Below, piece by piece: positions 11,885-24,410 of a stretch of 32,782 nt of DNA. The notes beneath the pieces were generated by a model. That model was not told the origin of the DNA and did not search any database. It saw nothing but the letters and a program-made list of their open reading frames with translations. Within the stretch, counting starts at the first letter, position 1, and each line of letters starts with the position of its first letter. The translations under genes were made by a program, and so were the position numbers. The DNA lies in NCBI RefSeq assembly GCF_001194135.2, contig NC_068981.1, forward strand, positions 112,214,791 through 112,247,572, in the 5' to 3' direction. This DNA is from Octopus bimaculoides. Lineage: Eukaryota.

Positions 11885-12290
11885 TGCCAAAAGAAATTTT
11901 TCAATGTGTTTGCATTTGCTGAAAATTTTGGATCTGGAATTAAGCAGTGTGGCGGAATTCTTGATATCAAAAGGATATGTGATCTTTCAGCTATGCATGA
12001 GTTGTATTTCTTAGATCTGTTAACATATGCCATGGATTTCTCTACAATTCTCCACCTGATTGTATGTGGTGTGCAGTTTACTTTTGTGGATGTGCCGGAA
12101 AGAAAAGTGGTTTGCATAACATCTTTTGAAATCACCTTCACATAGTCTGATGTAATTTTTCTTTCTAGTTAGGTTATCTTGAAGCATTGCTGTGACCTCT
12201 GCCTCATATATGATGGAGTTTATCATACACACCTAGTCAAGTGGGCAAGTTTCAAGGTCTCAACGGTTACAACTGGGAGTGAGCTCTTGG
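11885..12290 (-). mobile_element. Penelope-like element, GIY-YIG endonuclease remnant
   Basis: CNR*DLETCPLD*VCMINSIIYEAEV..NYIRLCEGDFKRCYANHF..IRWRIVEKS..YNSCIAER matches the PLE pattern CNCR..CPL.G.C..IIY.A.V..YIG..FK.RY.NH..W.I..C.LC..EK. Confidence 0.75.
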
Positions 12291-12334
12291 TGATACTTAT
12301 GAGAGTCACTTCCCCTGTCATCAGATGGTCTCTG

Positions 12335-15050
12335 AGGAATCAAGATGTTGATGAGTGATTTGTGAGATTTACAAGCCATGTAGAGAAATACTGTCAGTAA
12401 AGTGAGTGTTAGCAATGAATTAGTATGCTGTTACTAGTACACAAAGGCTTGCTTCTTAATCCTTTCCTATTCATCATAGTCTTCCAGGTCATAGCAGAGG
12501 AATTTATGATGTGTTACCCTTGGGAACTGCTATATACTGATGACCTCATTCTTATAGTATAATCTATAGTTAGAATGAGAAAAAAAATTCCAGGTTTGGA
12601 ATTCTGTAATCAAAAGTGCCTTAAAGCTAACTTAGCAAAAACTAAAGTTCTAGTTAGCAGGAAAACAGACCAGACTTTATTCCTTTCAAGAAAATGGCCC
12701 TACTCAATATGTCTGAAATGTGAAGTTAAGAAATTCTGTATGGTGTACCCAAGTGCAAGCTCTGGACACATGAGTTGCTGTGGAATCACATAAAAATGAA
12801 CAGAGAAAGTAGACTTTGTTTGAGGAAGATGTACCAGAGCAATAAAGACTAAAATCACTGGAAATAGATTCTCTGAAATGCCCAAGAGACTCCCTGGTGG
12901 CAGTAGATAGTTTTTGCTGTCTAGGTGATCTAATTAGCAGTGGAGAAGGATGTTCTGAAAATGTAATTGCTAGAATAAGAACAGGATGGAGAAAGTTCAA
13001 GGAGTTATTACTTTTGTTGATAACAAAATATCTTTTTATCAGAGTGAAAGGCACATTGTATGATGCTTGTATGGGAACAGTAATGCTGTATAATAGAGAG
13101 ATGTTGGCCCTGAATGCAGAGAACATGAGAAGACTGGAAAGAAATGAAGCTAGCTTGCTCTGGTGGATGTGCAGTGTAAGTGTGCATGAATGTCATAGTA
13201 TAAATATACTGAGAAAAAGATTGGGCATAAGAGGAATCAGATGTAGTATGCGAGAACAAAGACTTCACTGGTACATGCACGTCACCTGAGGATGAGGACA
13301 GTCATATAAAGAAATGCCAATTGCTTAGAGTGGATGGAGCTTGTGGAATGGGGTGACCCAGGATGAGATGGAATGAAGCAGTGAAGGCTAATCTCACAGT
13401 GGAGATGACAAATGATGGAGGTGATTGGCATTTCACTGTGCTTGAAAAAACTCAGCCATCACCACTTAAGTAAGGTCCTAAAAGTATTTGGTTTATGTCT
13501 CACCAGGTCCTGCTCTTGTGCCCATCTGTCCTTATCAAGCTTTCCCCACCTCCCATCTTCCTAAAATCTCTTCATTACACCTATCCGTTTGGTGTGATTA
13601 TTTGATAGTGGAGTCTGCACATATTTCTTCCTTTTTGTCCAACTAGTTTCCTCCTTCTCTCTCTCTAGAACTGTTTCTTTTAACATCCCTCAGTCTCAAT
13701 ATCATCTATTCCATTTTATTTCCATTGCTCATCTCTTTTTGTGTATCCAGGTATCTCTCCCTCTCCTGTGAGTTACATCATCTTTAACCTCATTTTTAAC
13801 ACTTTATATCTGCTATCATTCTCTACACCTTATATTTGCTGAGAATGCCCTGCCATTTTTGTCCTCCAGTCACTAAAGTCACAACTGTGTACTTGTAACC
13901 TTCATATATATCTCTCTCACTCCCTCTGTCCTCATCTATCTACAGGTTTATTATACTCTGCTCTGTACCCCATTTCTGTACTGTTACTTGTCAACTTTTT
14001 CCTGTCATACTCCTCTCACACTCCTATAAAGTTAACCATACATACTTAAATGCATAGGGTATATGACATCTAGAAAGGAGTGAAGCTAGCATGCTTCATT
14101 AGATTTGCAACATAAGTGTGCATGTATGACATAAGTACAAATGTGTTGAGAGAAAAAGTGGACATAGGAAATCAGATGTATGCACTGGTGTGGTCATGTG
14201 ATATTCATGGTGGAGAAATGACCTGCTAATTGCTAAATGTGTATAGAAATTATAGAAAAGGAAAATCTTGGGAGACATGGGACAAAGTAGTGAGAGCTAA
14301 TCCCAAGATATGGATCCTCATAGAAGAAACACAGAGTACTGGGATGATAAGCAATTCACTGTGTTCAAGAAGGCACAGCTGTCAGGGTGTGAGGTCCTAA
14401 CCGCATTAAGTTTATGTCTATACACTAACTGGGCCCTGCCTCTCCACCCAATCTATATTTGTCAAGCCTTCCCCAATACCTCATCTTAACAAACATATCC
14501 CCATCACTCTTTTGCCTGCATATGGATGAAGACAGTTGTGTGAAGAAGTGCTGATTGCTTAAATTGGATAGAACTCATGAAGGAGGGACATCCAGGAAGT
14601 ATTAAAAGCTGATCTCAAGATGCTGAGCTTTACAGAAGAGATGACAAAAGACTGAGATGATTGGTATTTTGCTGTGCTTGCGAAGATCCATCCATTACAG
14701 CAAAAATGATATTCTAAAATCCACTTTGTTATGCTTGTACATGTGAGGCCCTGTCTTCACTCTCACCCTTTCTCTGACACATCAAGCATTCCTCTCAATT
14801 TTCATCTTTCCCCCCATTTATGGTACTTCTTGACTACTGTACTCACCTCAGAGAAAAATTGGCATGTATTACATCCAATCTCCTCATGGTCTTCCCCACC
14901 ACCAACTACTTCCATTTCTGCCAACACTATTTCAACCAATCATCTCTTTCCTATTCCTTCAGCCACTGATCTCTTTCTCTCTCCATTCTGTTATACCCTG
15001 TTCTAAATACCTCTCTTATCTGCCATCATTCTGTTGTATCCTCTATCTCC
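12335..15050 (+). mobile_element. Old RTE-clade LINE (RT to 3' UTR) followed by two further decayed 3'-end segments
   Basis: PFLFIIVFQVIAEEF..YPWELLYTDDL; VDSFCCLGDLISSGEGCSENVIARIRTGWRKFKELL..RLERNEASLLWWMC (ORF 12897-13289). Terminal motifs recur at about 14060-14520 and 14520-15050. Confidence 0.75.
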
Positions 15051-15074
15051 AGTGTTGTGGTACTGCCACAATAT

Positions 15075-15561
15075 TGTTACAGATGGTTTAGATACACTGT
15101 ATCAGTGTTGTAACAATAAACAAGATAACAATGCAGCCACAATAACGCAATGATCCCACAATCTCTTCATGAACCAACAATCAATATTCTAAACAAACTA
15201 ACCAACTGATACCATCCGATTTTACTGCAAAGTCAACTTGAACTAACACACAAACTCCACCCCAACCACTACTATTTATAATTGCTCAGTCCAGTCTATT
15301 TCTAGTAAGGGGACGTCATGACTCTCATCACAACATCTCCCATTTTGAGATTTTGACTTACTCTTTTATTGTTTCAGTCATTTGACTGAAGCCATGCTGG
15401 AGCACCGCCTTTAGTCGAGCAAATTGACCCCAGGACTTATTCTTTGTAAGCCTAGTACTTATTCTATCAGTCTCTTTTGCCGAACCGCTAAGTTACGGGG
15501 ACATAAACACACCAGCATCGGTTGTCAAGCGATGTTGGGGGGGACAAACACAGATACACAA

Positions 15562-15607
<46 letters not shown>

Positions 15608-18600
15608 GCATATATATGACGGGCTTCTTTCAGTTTCCGTCTACCAAATCTACTCACAAGGCTTTAGTCGGCCTATGGCTATAGTAGAAGACACTTGCCC
15701 AAGGTGCCACGCAATGGGACTGAACCTGGAACCATGTGGTTGGTAAGCAAGCTACTTACCACATAGCCACTTCTACGCCTTCCGTAAGAAGTGAAATTTC
15801 TTTTCTTTTTTCTTTTTCCAGCACCACTCCCTCTTTTTCTTTTTGTCTGTAGAAAATTTAGTATCTTTTTCATTTTGACATTATTTCTAAGTGTACTGTC
15901 TGTTTCCATTTTCTACTACTGCTTCTACAAGGCTCAATCTCTTTTGGTGGTGGCACCTCAAATATGTCATAGCAGAATTCCATTGGTATTTCCTTTCATT
16001 TTTCAGTATTTCTCGTATTTAATTGGTTTAGGTGTCTCTTCTGTTCCAAACATTGTCCTTTAATCATGTACATAATGTTTCCTAATCTTTTAGTTACAAA
16101 ACGATCCTCCTTATTTCCTCCTTCAAAATGTGTTCTTGCATTTTCTGTATTTCCTTTTTTCCTAACAATTTATTGAAGATCAATTTTATTTTTTGCATGA
16201 ATGTTAACTCTGCCAGAGACTTTCCTGAACTGGTATTCAGATTGAATGTTACTCCATATACCCTCAAGTATTTCGTTAGCACCTTGTCATTACCTACGTC
16301 ATTCCTTGCTTTTTTTAATGCTTGCTTGAAAGTATCAACGAAACTTTCTGTCTGTTTGACGGTTGGTAGGGCAGGGTAAAACTATGCTTTATCGTATGTA
16401 TTTTCTAAAAATTTTTGAATTCATGACCTGTAAATTGTGTTCCATTATGTGATACTAATGTGTTTAGAACACCATTTTGGGCAAATAATTCATATAGGAA
16501 CATTTTTGTTGTTTTTGCGGTTGGTTTATTACACCTGCATACCTCTGGCCACTTTGTACCACTATCAACAACCATTAGTTAGTATGTGCCATTCACCAGT
16601 CCAGCGCAGTTGATAGGTACCCTGGACCACACACTATCCATCTCAGGCCACAATTGGTATTTCACTAGTGATGCTTTGGCTGCCGGTGCACAACTTCCAC
16701 ATGATTTTACACAATTTTCAATGTCCCAGTCAATTGTCAGCCAATATACATAGATCCTCATTAAAGCTGTCATTCTCAATATTCCCGGGTGTCCACTGTG
16801 GAATTCCTGCAATACTTATTTCTATAGTGCAGTTGGTACTACCACTCTTTGTGCATACATTAAAACATTGTCACTTAGTAAAAAATTATTCAAATTTGTA
16901 TTTTTATTTTGCTTATTTTTCAACATTTCTTTCATTCTTGTAATGTAATTATCCTCTGCAGATTTCATTTTTATATCACGCACTATCACTGGCAGTTCGT
17001 GAATAACATTACACATAATACTTTTGATTTCATTTTCTGACTACAATGAGGCTTGTCACTGTATCTTCTATCAGTTCTGCATTCTTGGGAATTAGTCTCA
17101 ATAAACAGTCTGTATGACCAATATTTTTTTCAACGGAATATACTGGATTTCAAAATTGCAGTTTAGCAATATTGTACCACAGCATTGTAGTCAGTTCGCT
17201 GTATGGGTAGGCAGTCCTTTTTTTGATAGTAATGGTCGATGGTCAGTTGTAACATACTTCTACCATGTAGAAAGTTGTGAAATTTTTTTACTACAAAAAT
17301 AATCGATAGAGCCTCCTTCTCTATCTGGTTATACTTGTTTTCTGCTGCTATCTGTGGACATGAAGCATGAACTACTAGCTTCACATTTCCATCTTTATAT
17401 TTGTGTAGCAAGACTGCTCCTATTCCATAATTCTAAGCTTCCGAAGCCACGACAATGTCTATTTCAGGGTTGAAATGCACTAGTGCCAAATCAGAATTTT
17501 TTTATCTCTTCAAACGTGTTTTGACACTTTACCGACCAATTCCATTTTACTTCTTTTTTTCAGTAAATTGTTTAATGGTGCTCTCAATTTATGCATGTTA
17601 AGAATGTAATTTTGATAGTAATTGACAAGCCCAAGGAAAGGTTGCAATGTTTTGTGGGGAGGCATATCTTTAATTGTGTCTGCCCTCAACAGGTCAGGAC
17701 ATCTATTTTTATCAATAATTTGCCTTAAGTATTTGATTTTTGGCAAAAAGAACTCACATTTCTCTTCACTCAGAGTGAATCTGTAGTCTCTTATTTTTTC
17801 AAACACAGCTTTTATATGCTCAACATGCTGGTCATGCGAATTATTTTTAATCAATATGTCATCAAGGTATGGAATTGCGAATTGACAGTCCACCAACATT
17901 GCATCCATAACCTGTTGAAATATTGCAGGTGCAACCTTCAGGCCAAAGGGCAATCTATTATATTTGTACAATCCTCTGTGTGTATTTACTGTTAGAAGTT
18001 TTGAGCATCCCTCATCAACCTTTATTCGCAGATACACCTCAGACAAATCCAATTTCAAGAATATTTTGCCACCATTTAATTTTGCAAAAATATCCTCTGA
18101 AGTAGGAAGTGGATAGAGACATGTCTTTTAAACTGTCATTCAGACTCCTAGAAAAATCAGCACACAGCCTAATTTTGTTAATTTTTTTTTATATACACAC
18201 AATAGGTGCTGCCTATTTAGAGTAATCCATTTTTTTGATAATTCGAGTCTGTCTAACTCTTCATCTACATTTTTTATTGCAGCAAATGGTACTTTTCTAT
18301 TAGATTTGAATACTGGCACAGCGTTCTCCTTTAATTGAAAACACGCTTCAGTCTTTTTACATAGACCTAGCTCATCTGACAGTACTTGAGGAAACAACTT
18401 TTTAAATTTTCTCTTCAATTCCTCAGATGGCTTATTTTTAGAGGGCCTTATGGGGAGAACCCATAAATCAAATAATTCCAACCAGTTGGTACCAAACAAA
18501 TTGGTAGTGTTCTTTATATGAAAAACTTTCGCCTTGCAAGATTTTCCTCAAAATGTGACATCATTCCACATTTCACCTACAAGGTGTAGTTTGTCACCCA

Positions 18601-18910
18601 TCATACCACGTGCAGTTTTTGCTGTTTTCCTTAATATAGGTTTCCCTATTTTCTTCCATGTGTTGGTGTTAATGATTGAAATGTCTCTACAGGTATCCAG
18701 TTGTAATATTTGCTTTGTTTACGTTTACGTGTACAAATTTCCTTATTTGAGAGTCAATTTTACTTTCTGCTGAGAGCACTTTAGAATTTTTTACATTTGA
18801 CCTTCATATTTTAATTCTGCAGTGTGAACTTTTGTGTCTAAATTTTTGACAACTAACATTTTTGACAGTCTTTTCTGAAATATAGGCTTTAACATCCATA
18901 ACATGGATTA
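15075..18910 (-). mobile_element. Gypsy relic 2: gag knuckles, PR-RT-RH-IN pseudogene, PPT and 3' LTR (15075-15335)
   Basis: NPCYGC knuckle, LDTCRDISIIN protease, KLDLSEVYLRI..RLPFGLKVAPAIFQQVM..YLDDILI RT, YNQIEKEALSIIFVVKKFH RNase H, HSGHPGILRM..CGSC integrase zinc finger. PPT-like AAAATCTCAAAATGGGAGA, then a TG..CA LTR of 261 bp sharing TGTTA(C/T)AACACTG(A/T)TACAGT with the LTR at 3537. Confidence 0.88.
15358..15780 (-). mobile_element. Full-length tRNA-derived SINE with CORE-like segment and internal (CA)n
   Basis: A box TGGCTATGTGG (15759-15769), B box GGTTCAGTCCC (15716-15726), CACCTTGGGCAAGTG CORE-like motif, internal (AC)n at about 15565-15600, and tail CAGTCAAATGACTGAAACAATAAAAGAG. 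Nested in the Gypsy 3' UTR. Confidence 0.88.
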
Positions 18911-18914
18911 GGAC

Positions 18915-20465
18915 CTAGCAATAGATCACTCAGATAACAGAAACTTTTAGGAATCTTCCTGGGCATTTCAGAAAATGTTCTTAGAGTTTATTGCTCTGGC
19001 ACATCTACCACATATAAAGTCTACTTCAATATTCTTACAATTCCACTGTGTTCATAGTTTGCACTGAGTACACTTTATATATTTCTGTCCCTTTTCTCTA
19101 TATCAAGCAGGGTTATAGATTCTAGCTTACTAGAACTTTTGCTCCTGCTAAATTAACTATAAGGTCCTTTGATTCCACCTCAAATGTCTTCTCTAATTCT
19201 ATCAAGCATTCTGCTGTAAGAAAGAGGTCATTAGCATATTGTAGTTCTCATAGTAAATAGTCTTAAATTCCTCTGTAATGGTCCGGAGGACTATGATGAA
19301 TAGGTGGTGACTAGGAATTAAGTCCGTCTGACCTACCTTTACACTAAATTCATTGCCACACTCATCATTAATCCTGATGCACTATCTTGCAGTTCAGAAC
19401 ATCTTCATACTGTAGAATATAGGCAAACCTCTTACTTTCTGCTATCTGCACTTGTCACCCAACTTCTCCTATAGCTACCTGATATAATTTTCTGATATTT
19501 CTATTTTACCAGTCTTTTGAAGCTTGTCTTTTCACTTTCATGGTTCTGTCTCTCTCATCGTCCAACCATCATATCACCCTCAGTTTGGCTGGGACTTTGC
19601 ACTATCCACCGATTTGGTTGTCCTGTAAGAATTTCCAGTTGTCATCTGTGGTTTTGTCTCTATCTTCTGCTCCTTCTCATCAAATGCTTCAAATAGTGCT
19701 TTTCTGAGTTTCTCATTGTCCACTGGATCTTTGAGCTTCTACAACTTATTTTTCCAGACTGGTTTGCATCTCTGAGTCCTTTCAGCTACTAACCTATGTT
19801 GGTTTGTATATTCTTTATTCAGGAAGAACTTAGCATTCACAAGCATCTGTCTATCCCATTTTCTGGTGAGAATGTAGCTAATCTGGTTTATGTGCCTTCC
19901 AGATTGGCATGTGATCAGATAGCTGTGTGGTTTCCTGAAGTTCATGTTACAGACAAGTCATTTGCATCACAGAACTTCAGCAGCTTTGTTCGCTTCTCAT
20001 TTCTAGAACCAAAGCTCCACACAACTCAGTGGAATTCATCTGGTTGGTGTCTATCATGTCCATTTAAGTCACCAAACATATGATCATTATCATTCGTTAT
20101 TAAGGTGATCTCCAAAAAAGCCTTGTAAAATTGGTTCATTTACCAGTTTAGCTGAACCACAAATTTAGTAGTAATAAATGTTACTTGCTTTTTCCAAGAT
20201 TAGTCTTAGCTTAACTATTGTCACACACTTTGACAATTTCAGTTGTCTCATCTAACCATTGCCTACACCACCCATCCCATTACTGCTGCCCATCCAAAGA
20301 ATTTGCACCTTTATTCCTTGCTCATGAGTAGTCTAGCTGAGGCTCCTTTCCATCTTAATTCTTGCATTCAGCACATATCTACACACTTCTACTCTAGCAT
20401 TTCAACAATCTCAGTGGACCTACCTTTCATTGTGCCTATATTGAGTGTAGTGTCTCCGAAGCTGT
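18915..20465 (-). mobile_element. Old, internally deleted RTE LINE (APE through RT and finger)
   Basis: LNIGTMKGRSTEIVEMLE..QELRWKGASAR, GDLNGH..RNEKRTKLLKFCDAND, NFRKPHSYLITCQSG..QISYIL, then a jump to LFIIVLRTITEEFKT and CTQCKL*TQWNC. Confidence 0.75.
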
Positions 20466-20478
20466 GAACTTAATAAGA

Positions 20479-20481
<3 letters not shown>

Positions 20482-20535
<54 letters not shown>
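20482..20535. repeat. (GT)n microsatellite
   Basis: Direct reading. Confidence 0.98.
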
Positions 20536-20537
<2 letters not shown>

Positions 20538-20799
20538 CTGAGGATTGTTATCAGCACCTGCAAAGATGATTTTTTTCCAAGTGCTTAGCAGGTGGAAGAG
20601 GGCACATGTCCAGCAAAATTAAACCAATCAATTACAACTCAGTGAATTATAATTTTTCTCAATCTTGCAAACTATTTGAAGCAAGTAGCTGCAGATAGAA
20701 AAGAGAGATGTGGATAAAGGGGAAGTAGAGGTTTCTGGTTAGCTGGAAGAATTGAATGTTTTTAAATATATGTAATTATTTTTGCTTTCTCTATTTCAG

Positions 20800-20951
20800 A
20801 CTTTTGCTTCTTGGTATTTCCAGTAATATCAATGTGAACCAGTTGCATCTTGACCTCAGTGGTAATGAATTGCGCTTTTCTCCACCATATGAAATTGATG
20901 TCATTATTGGTCACATGACAAATTTGATAAGTTTAGATATCAGCAACAATA
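20800..20951 (+). CDS. CARMIL: Next coding exon of CARMIL (152 bp, LRR repeats)
   Basis: Acceptor TTTGCTTTCTCTATTTCAG|A and donor A|GTAAGT. Translates (R)LLLLGISSNINVNQLHLDLSGNELRFSPPYEIDVIIGHMTNLISLDISNN; human CARMIL1 as recalled reads [40 protein letters not shown]. Confidence 0.92.
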
Positions 20952-21443
20952 GTAAGTTCATTTATAATCTTTCTCATAATTTACCATTGTTATGGCTTGC
21001 ATTGGTGTGTGTGTGTGAACATATTTGAGTGACAGAGGGTTAGTTCATTATGTTCATATCTCTTAAATTTTAAGCCCATCTCCTGTCTCATAGTACACAT
21101 ATATCTCTCTTTTTCTAGCTTGCTGTATATTATTTTTCTGTATATCATCATCATTTTATTGTCTATTTTTCCATACTCCCATAGTATCCATGAATCTTAT
21201 TCAACACGATATCTTGTAACTTTTTATAGAAGTTTGGCAACAAATTATTTGTTCATTAATGTTCAAAACCTAGGTACAAGTGGTAATTATTGAAAATATT
21301 TTTATTTTTCATCCCCTTAGAAATTACTTTTAACCATGGTTTGGACGTTGACTGTTACGTTTATCATGTAAGGTGTCCTGTTAGGGATCACCTCATTTGT
21401 TATACACAAATTTGATAAGTTTAGATATCTAATTTAGATACAC

Positions 21444-21450
<7 letters not shown>

Positions 21451-21502
<52 letters not shown>

Positions 21503-21530
21503 CTGTATGTATATGTGTGTGTGTATGTGT
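21451..21530. repeat. (TA)n/(TG)n microsatellite
   Basis: Direct reading. Confidence 0.95.
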
Positions 21531-23388
21531 ATCATCATCATCATTGTTTAACATCCGTTTTCCATGCTACCATGGCGTCTGGAAAGCCAGGAGGCTGCAC
21601 CAGGCTCCAGTCTGATCTGGCAGTGTTTCTATGGCTGGATGCCCTTCCTAATGCCAACCACTCCGTGACTGTAGTGGGTGCTTTTTACATGCCACCGGCA
21701 CAGGGGCCAGAGGAGGCTGGCACCGGCCATGATCGGTTGGTGCTTTTTACATGCCACCAGCACGGAAGCCAGTCAAGGCGGTACTGGCATCGGCCCCGTT
21801 CAGATAATGCTTTTTATGTGCCACCAATACGGGTATCACAACTACAATTTCCATTTGATTTTCATTTTGATGTTGATGTACTTGACTCAATAGGTCTCCT
21901 CAAGCACAGCAGGTCACCTTACGATCCAAGGTACTTTTGAATGGGCTGGGGCTGGTTATGTGAAACTGGTGTAGGATACAGCCATGAACTCACTTTATTC
22001 GCAGTCACAGCATATCTCCAGAGGTCTCAGTCTTTCGTCATTGCTCTGTGAGGCCCAATGTCCGAAGGTCATGCTTCCCTACCTCATCCCATGTCTTCCT
22101 GGATCTACCCCAGATTCCTTCAATTGTTTGGGAGTGGCACTTCTTCACACAGCTCTCCTCATCCATCTGTAGTACCTGACCATACCAGCACAAACGTCTC
22201 TTTTGCATGCCACATCTGATGCTTCTTATGTCCAACATTTCTCTCAGGGCGCTTACACTCTGTCGTGTGTGTACACTGACATTATACATCCAGCAGATCA
22301 TGCTAGCTTCATTTCTTTCAAGCCTATGCATGTCCTCCACAGTCACAGCCCATGTTCCACTGCCGTGAAACATGGCAGTTTACACACATGCATCGTACAA
22401 TCTACCTTTCATTCTGAGCGTGAGGCCCTTTGTCACCAGTAGGGGTAGGAGCTTTCTAAACTTTGCCTAGGCTATTCTTATTCTAGTGGTAACACTCTCA
22501 GAGCATCCACTCCCACTACTAATTTGGTCACCTTGGTAGTGGAAGCTATGAACTACTTCTAGTTTCTCCCCCTGAAGTGTGATAGAATCTATTTTCTGAG
22601 CATCTATGGTGTTTATTGCTCCTGTGTATCTGTCACACACAAAAACTATATTCCTGGTTAATCTTCCTTTGATATTGCTGCACTTGTTATGTGTCTATAG
22701 CTTACACTGGGTACATCGTATGTACACCTTTTCTACAGATCGAGCAGGACCACCTACCTGAGGGTGTGTGTGATGAGTTCGCCTTCCTACTTACTAGAAC
22801 TATGGTCTTTGCTACATTGACTCTAAGGCCTTTTGATTCTAAACTTTGCTTCCATACCTGCAATTTCTTCTCTAGTTCTGGTAGTGATTCTGCTATGAGG
22901 ACCAGGTCATCAGCATAGAGGAGCTCCCAGGGGCAACCCGTCTTGAATTCCTCTGTTATTGCCTGGAAGACTATGATGAATAAAAGGGGACTGAGAGCTG
23001 ATCCTTAGTAGACCCTTACTTCTACCCGGAATTCTTCACTATACTCATTGCTAATCCTTACCTTACTAACGGCCGTTTCTGAATAGGGCCTGTACAGCCC
23101 TTATGAACCATTCGTCAATCCCCAGTTTCCACATTGCCCACCAGATAAGGGATCGGGCACCCTGTCAAAGGCTTTCTCCAAGTTCACAAAAGCTAAGTAT
23201 AGGGGTTTAAGCCAGGAATATAGCATCAGTGGTACTTCTACCCGGCACAAAACCAAACTGCATCTCATCTAAGCAGATTCTCTCCCTAATGAGATGGGCT
23301 ATGACCCTCTCCATGACCTTCATCACCTGATCTTGCAGTTTGATACCCCTGTGGTTATTTCTATCTAGAGCATCACCTTTACCCTTTC
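21531..23388 (-). mobile_element. RTE LINE 3' half: RT start to 3' UTR with (GAT)n tail
   Basis: KGKGDALDRNNHRGIKL..MQFGFVPGRSTTDAIF..AFVNLEKAFDRV..GCPWELLYADDL..GSGTWAVTVEDMHRLERNEAS. The 3' UTR has about 65-bp GTGCTTTTTACATGCCACC units at 21678, 21740 and 21807; the tail reads (ATC)n on + at 21531-21544. Confidence 0.92.
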
Positions 23389-23745
23389 GCCATTAACACT
23401 TTATATGTATGTATTTAAATGTACTGTTTACTAACAGCTAATTTTTCTCACAAGCTAACTAATTAAATTAGGTTAATTACTCATTTCTTGGCCTGTTTAA
23501 TTTCTAATTCCTCATTTCACTAGTTTAATTTCTCATCTGCCATGAACACTATGAATGTATTCTATACTAAACACTCCTGCTACTTTCGTTCATTCCTCAT
23601 ACCATCTCCCCAAATTAAACTTGCTTGTTCGTGGTGTGCCCACCCTGTCCTGCCCCCACCACCAATACCGGATACCTCGATCTTTATCCTGATCTTTATC
23701 TATCTTCTCACCATCTACACTGGATATGTCTCTCTCCTCCCACTA

Positions 23746-24060
23746 CCATTACCTGATGTCTCTTCTGTCCACTGCTCCTCCTCACTGGGTTGTTCTCTAC
23801 ATATTACCTGCATTCTTCTTCTCCCTCCTTCCTGGGACATATGCAACTAACTTGGTTGCCCACCTACTTACCAGCTATCTATTGTTTCGTTCCCTCTAGC
23901 AATCTCTCACGACCATTACCAGATGTCCCTTCTCTCAATCCCCCTTCCTCACTGGTGCTATTCTCTATACTACCTGCACCCCCACTCTCTCCCCGAAAAA
24001 TGCAACTAGGTTAGCTGCCCACCTACTTAACCAACTATCCTTCGTTTCATTTCATCCTAT
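23746..24060 (+). repeat. About 160-bp imperfect tandem repeat (about 2 copies), probably in the RTE 5' UTR
   Basis: CCATTACC(T/A)GATGTC at 23746 and 23913; ATGCAACTA..TGCCCACCTACTTA at 23841 and 24000. Confidence 0.7.
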
Positions 24061-24410
24061 CTAGAAATATTCCAACAACTACCCAGTAATTTTCCATGCA
24101 TATATCAAATGAAAGAGACAGCTAATTGGCTGTCCGTGTGTGCTTGTTCCCCTGTGTCTGTATGCATGCATGCTTGTGTGTATATATAGATGAACTTGCT
24201 TCCTCTCTCTCCATCTGAAATCACACCCCACCTCTTATGATGACCATAATGCTTATACTCACAATGCCGCTAACACCTAATCCTACCTCCAATAGGGGCA
24301 ACAGTCTTAATCTTAACACGCTTAAATGTTTGAATGATGTCAGATTGGAAGTGAGAACAGATGAAGCATGCCTACAAAAATGAACATGACAACCTCCCTC
24401 TTCTTTTCAG

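Larger units (their letters stand above)
2004..20799 (+). other. CARMIL: 18,796-bp phase-2 GT-AG intron of CARMIL
   Basis: GT at 2004-2005, polypyrimidine tract and CAG ending at 20799. The split codon AG|A (Arg) keeps the frame, and the recalled homologous protein is contiguous across the junction. Confidence 0.85.

Noticed and set aside
3537-18910. The two Gypsy relics as halves of one element split by an inversion
   Set aside because: Both contain the zinc-knuckle region, and those copies and the LTRs are clearly divergent, so they are related but separate insertions.
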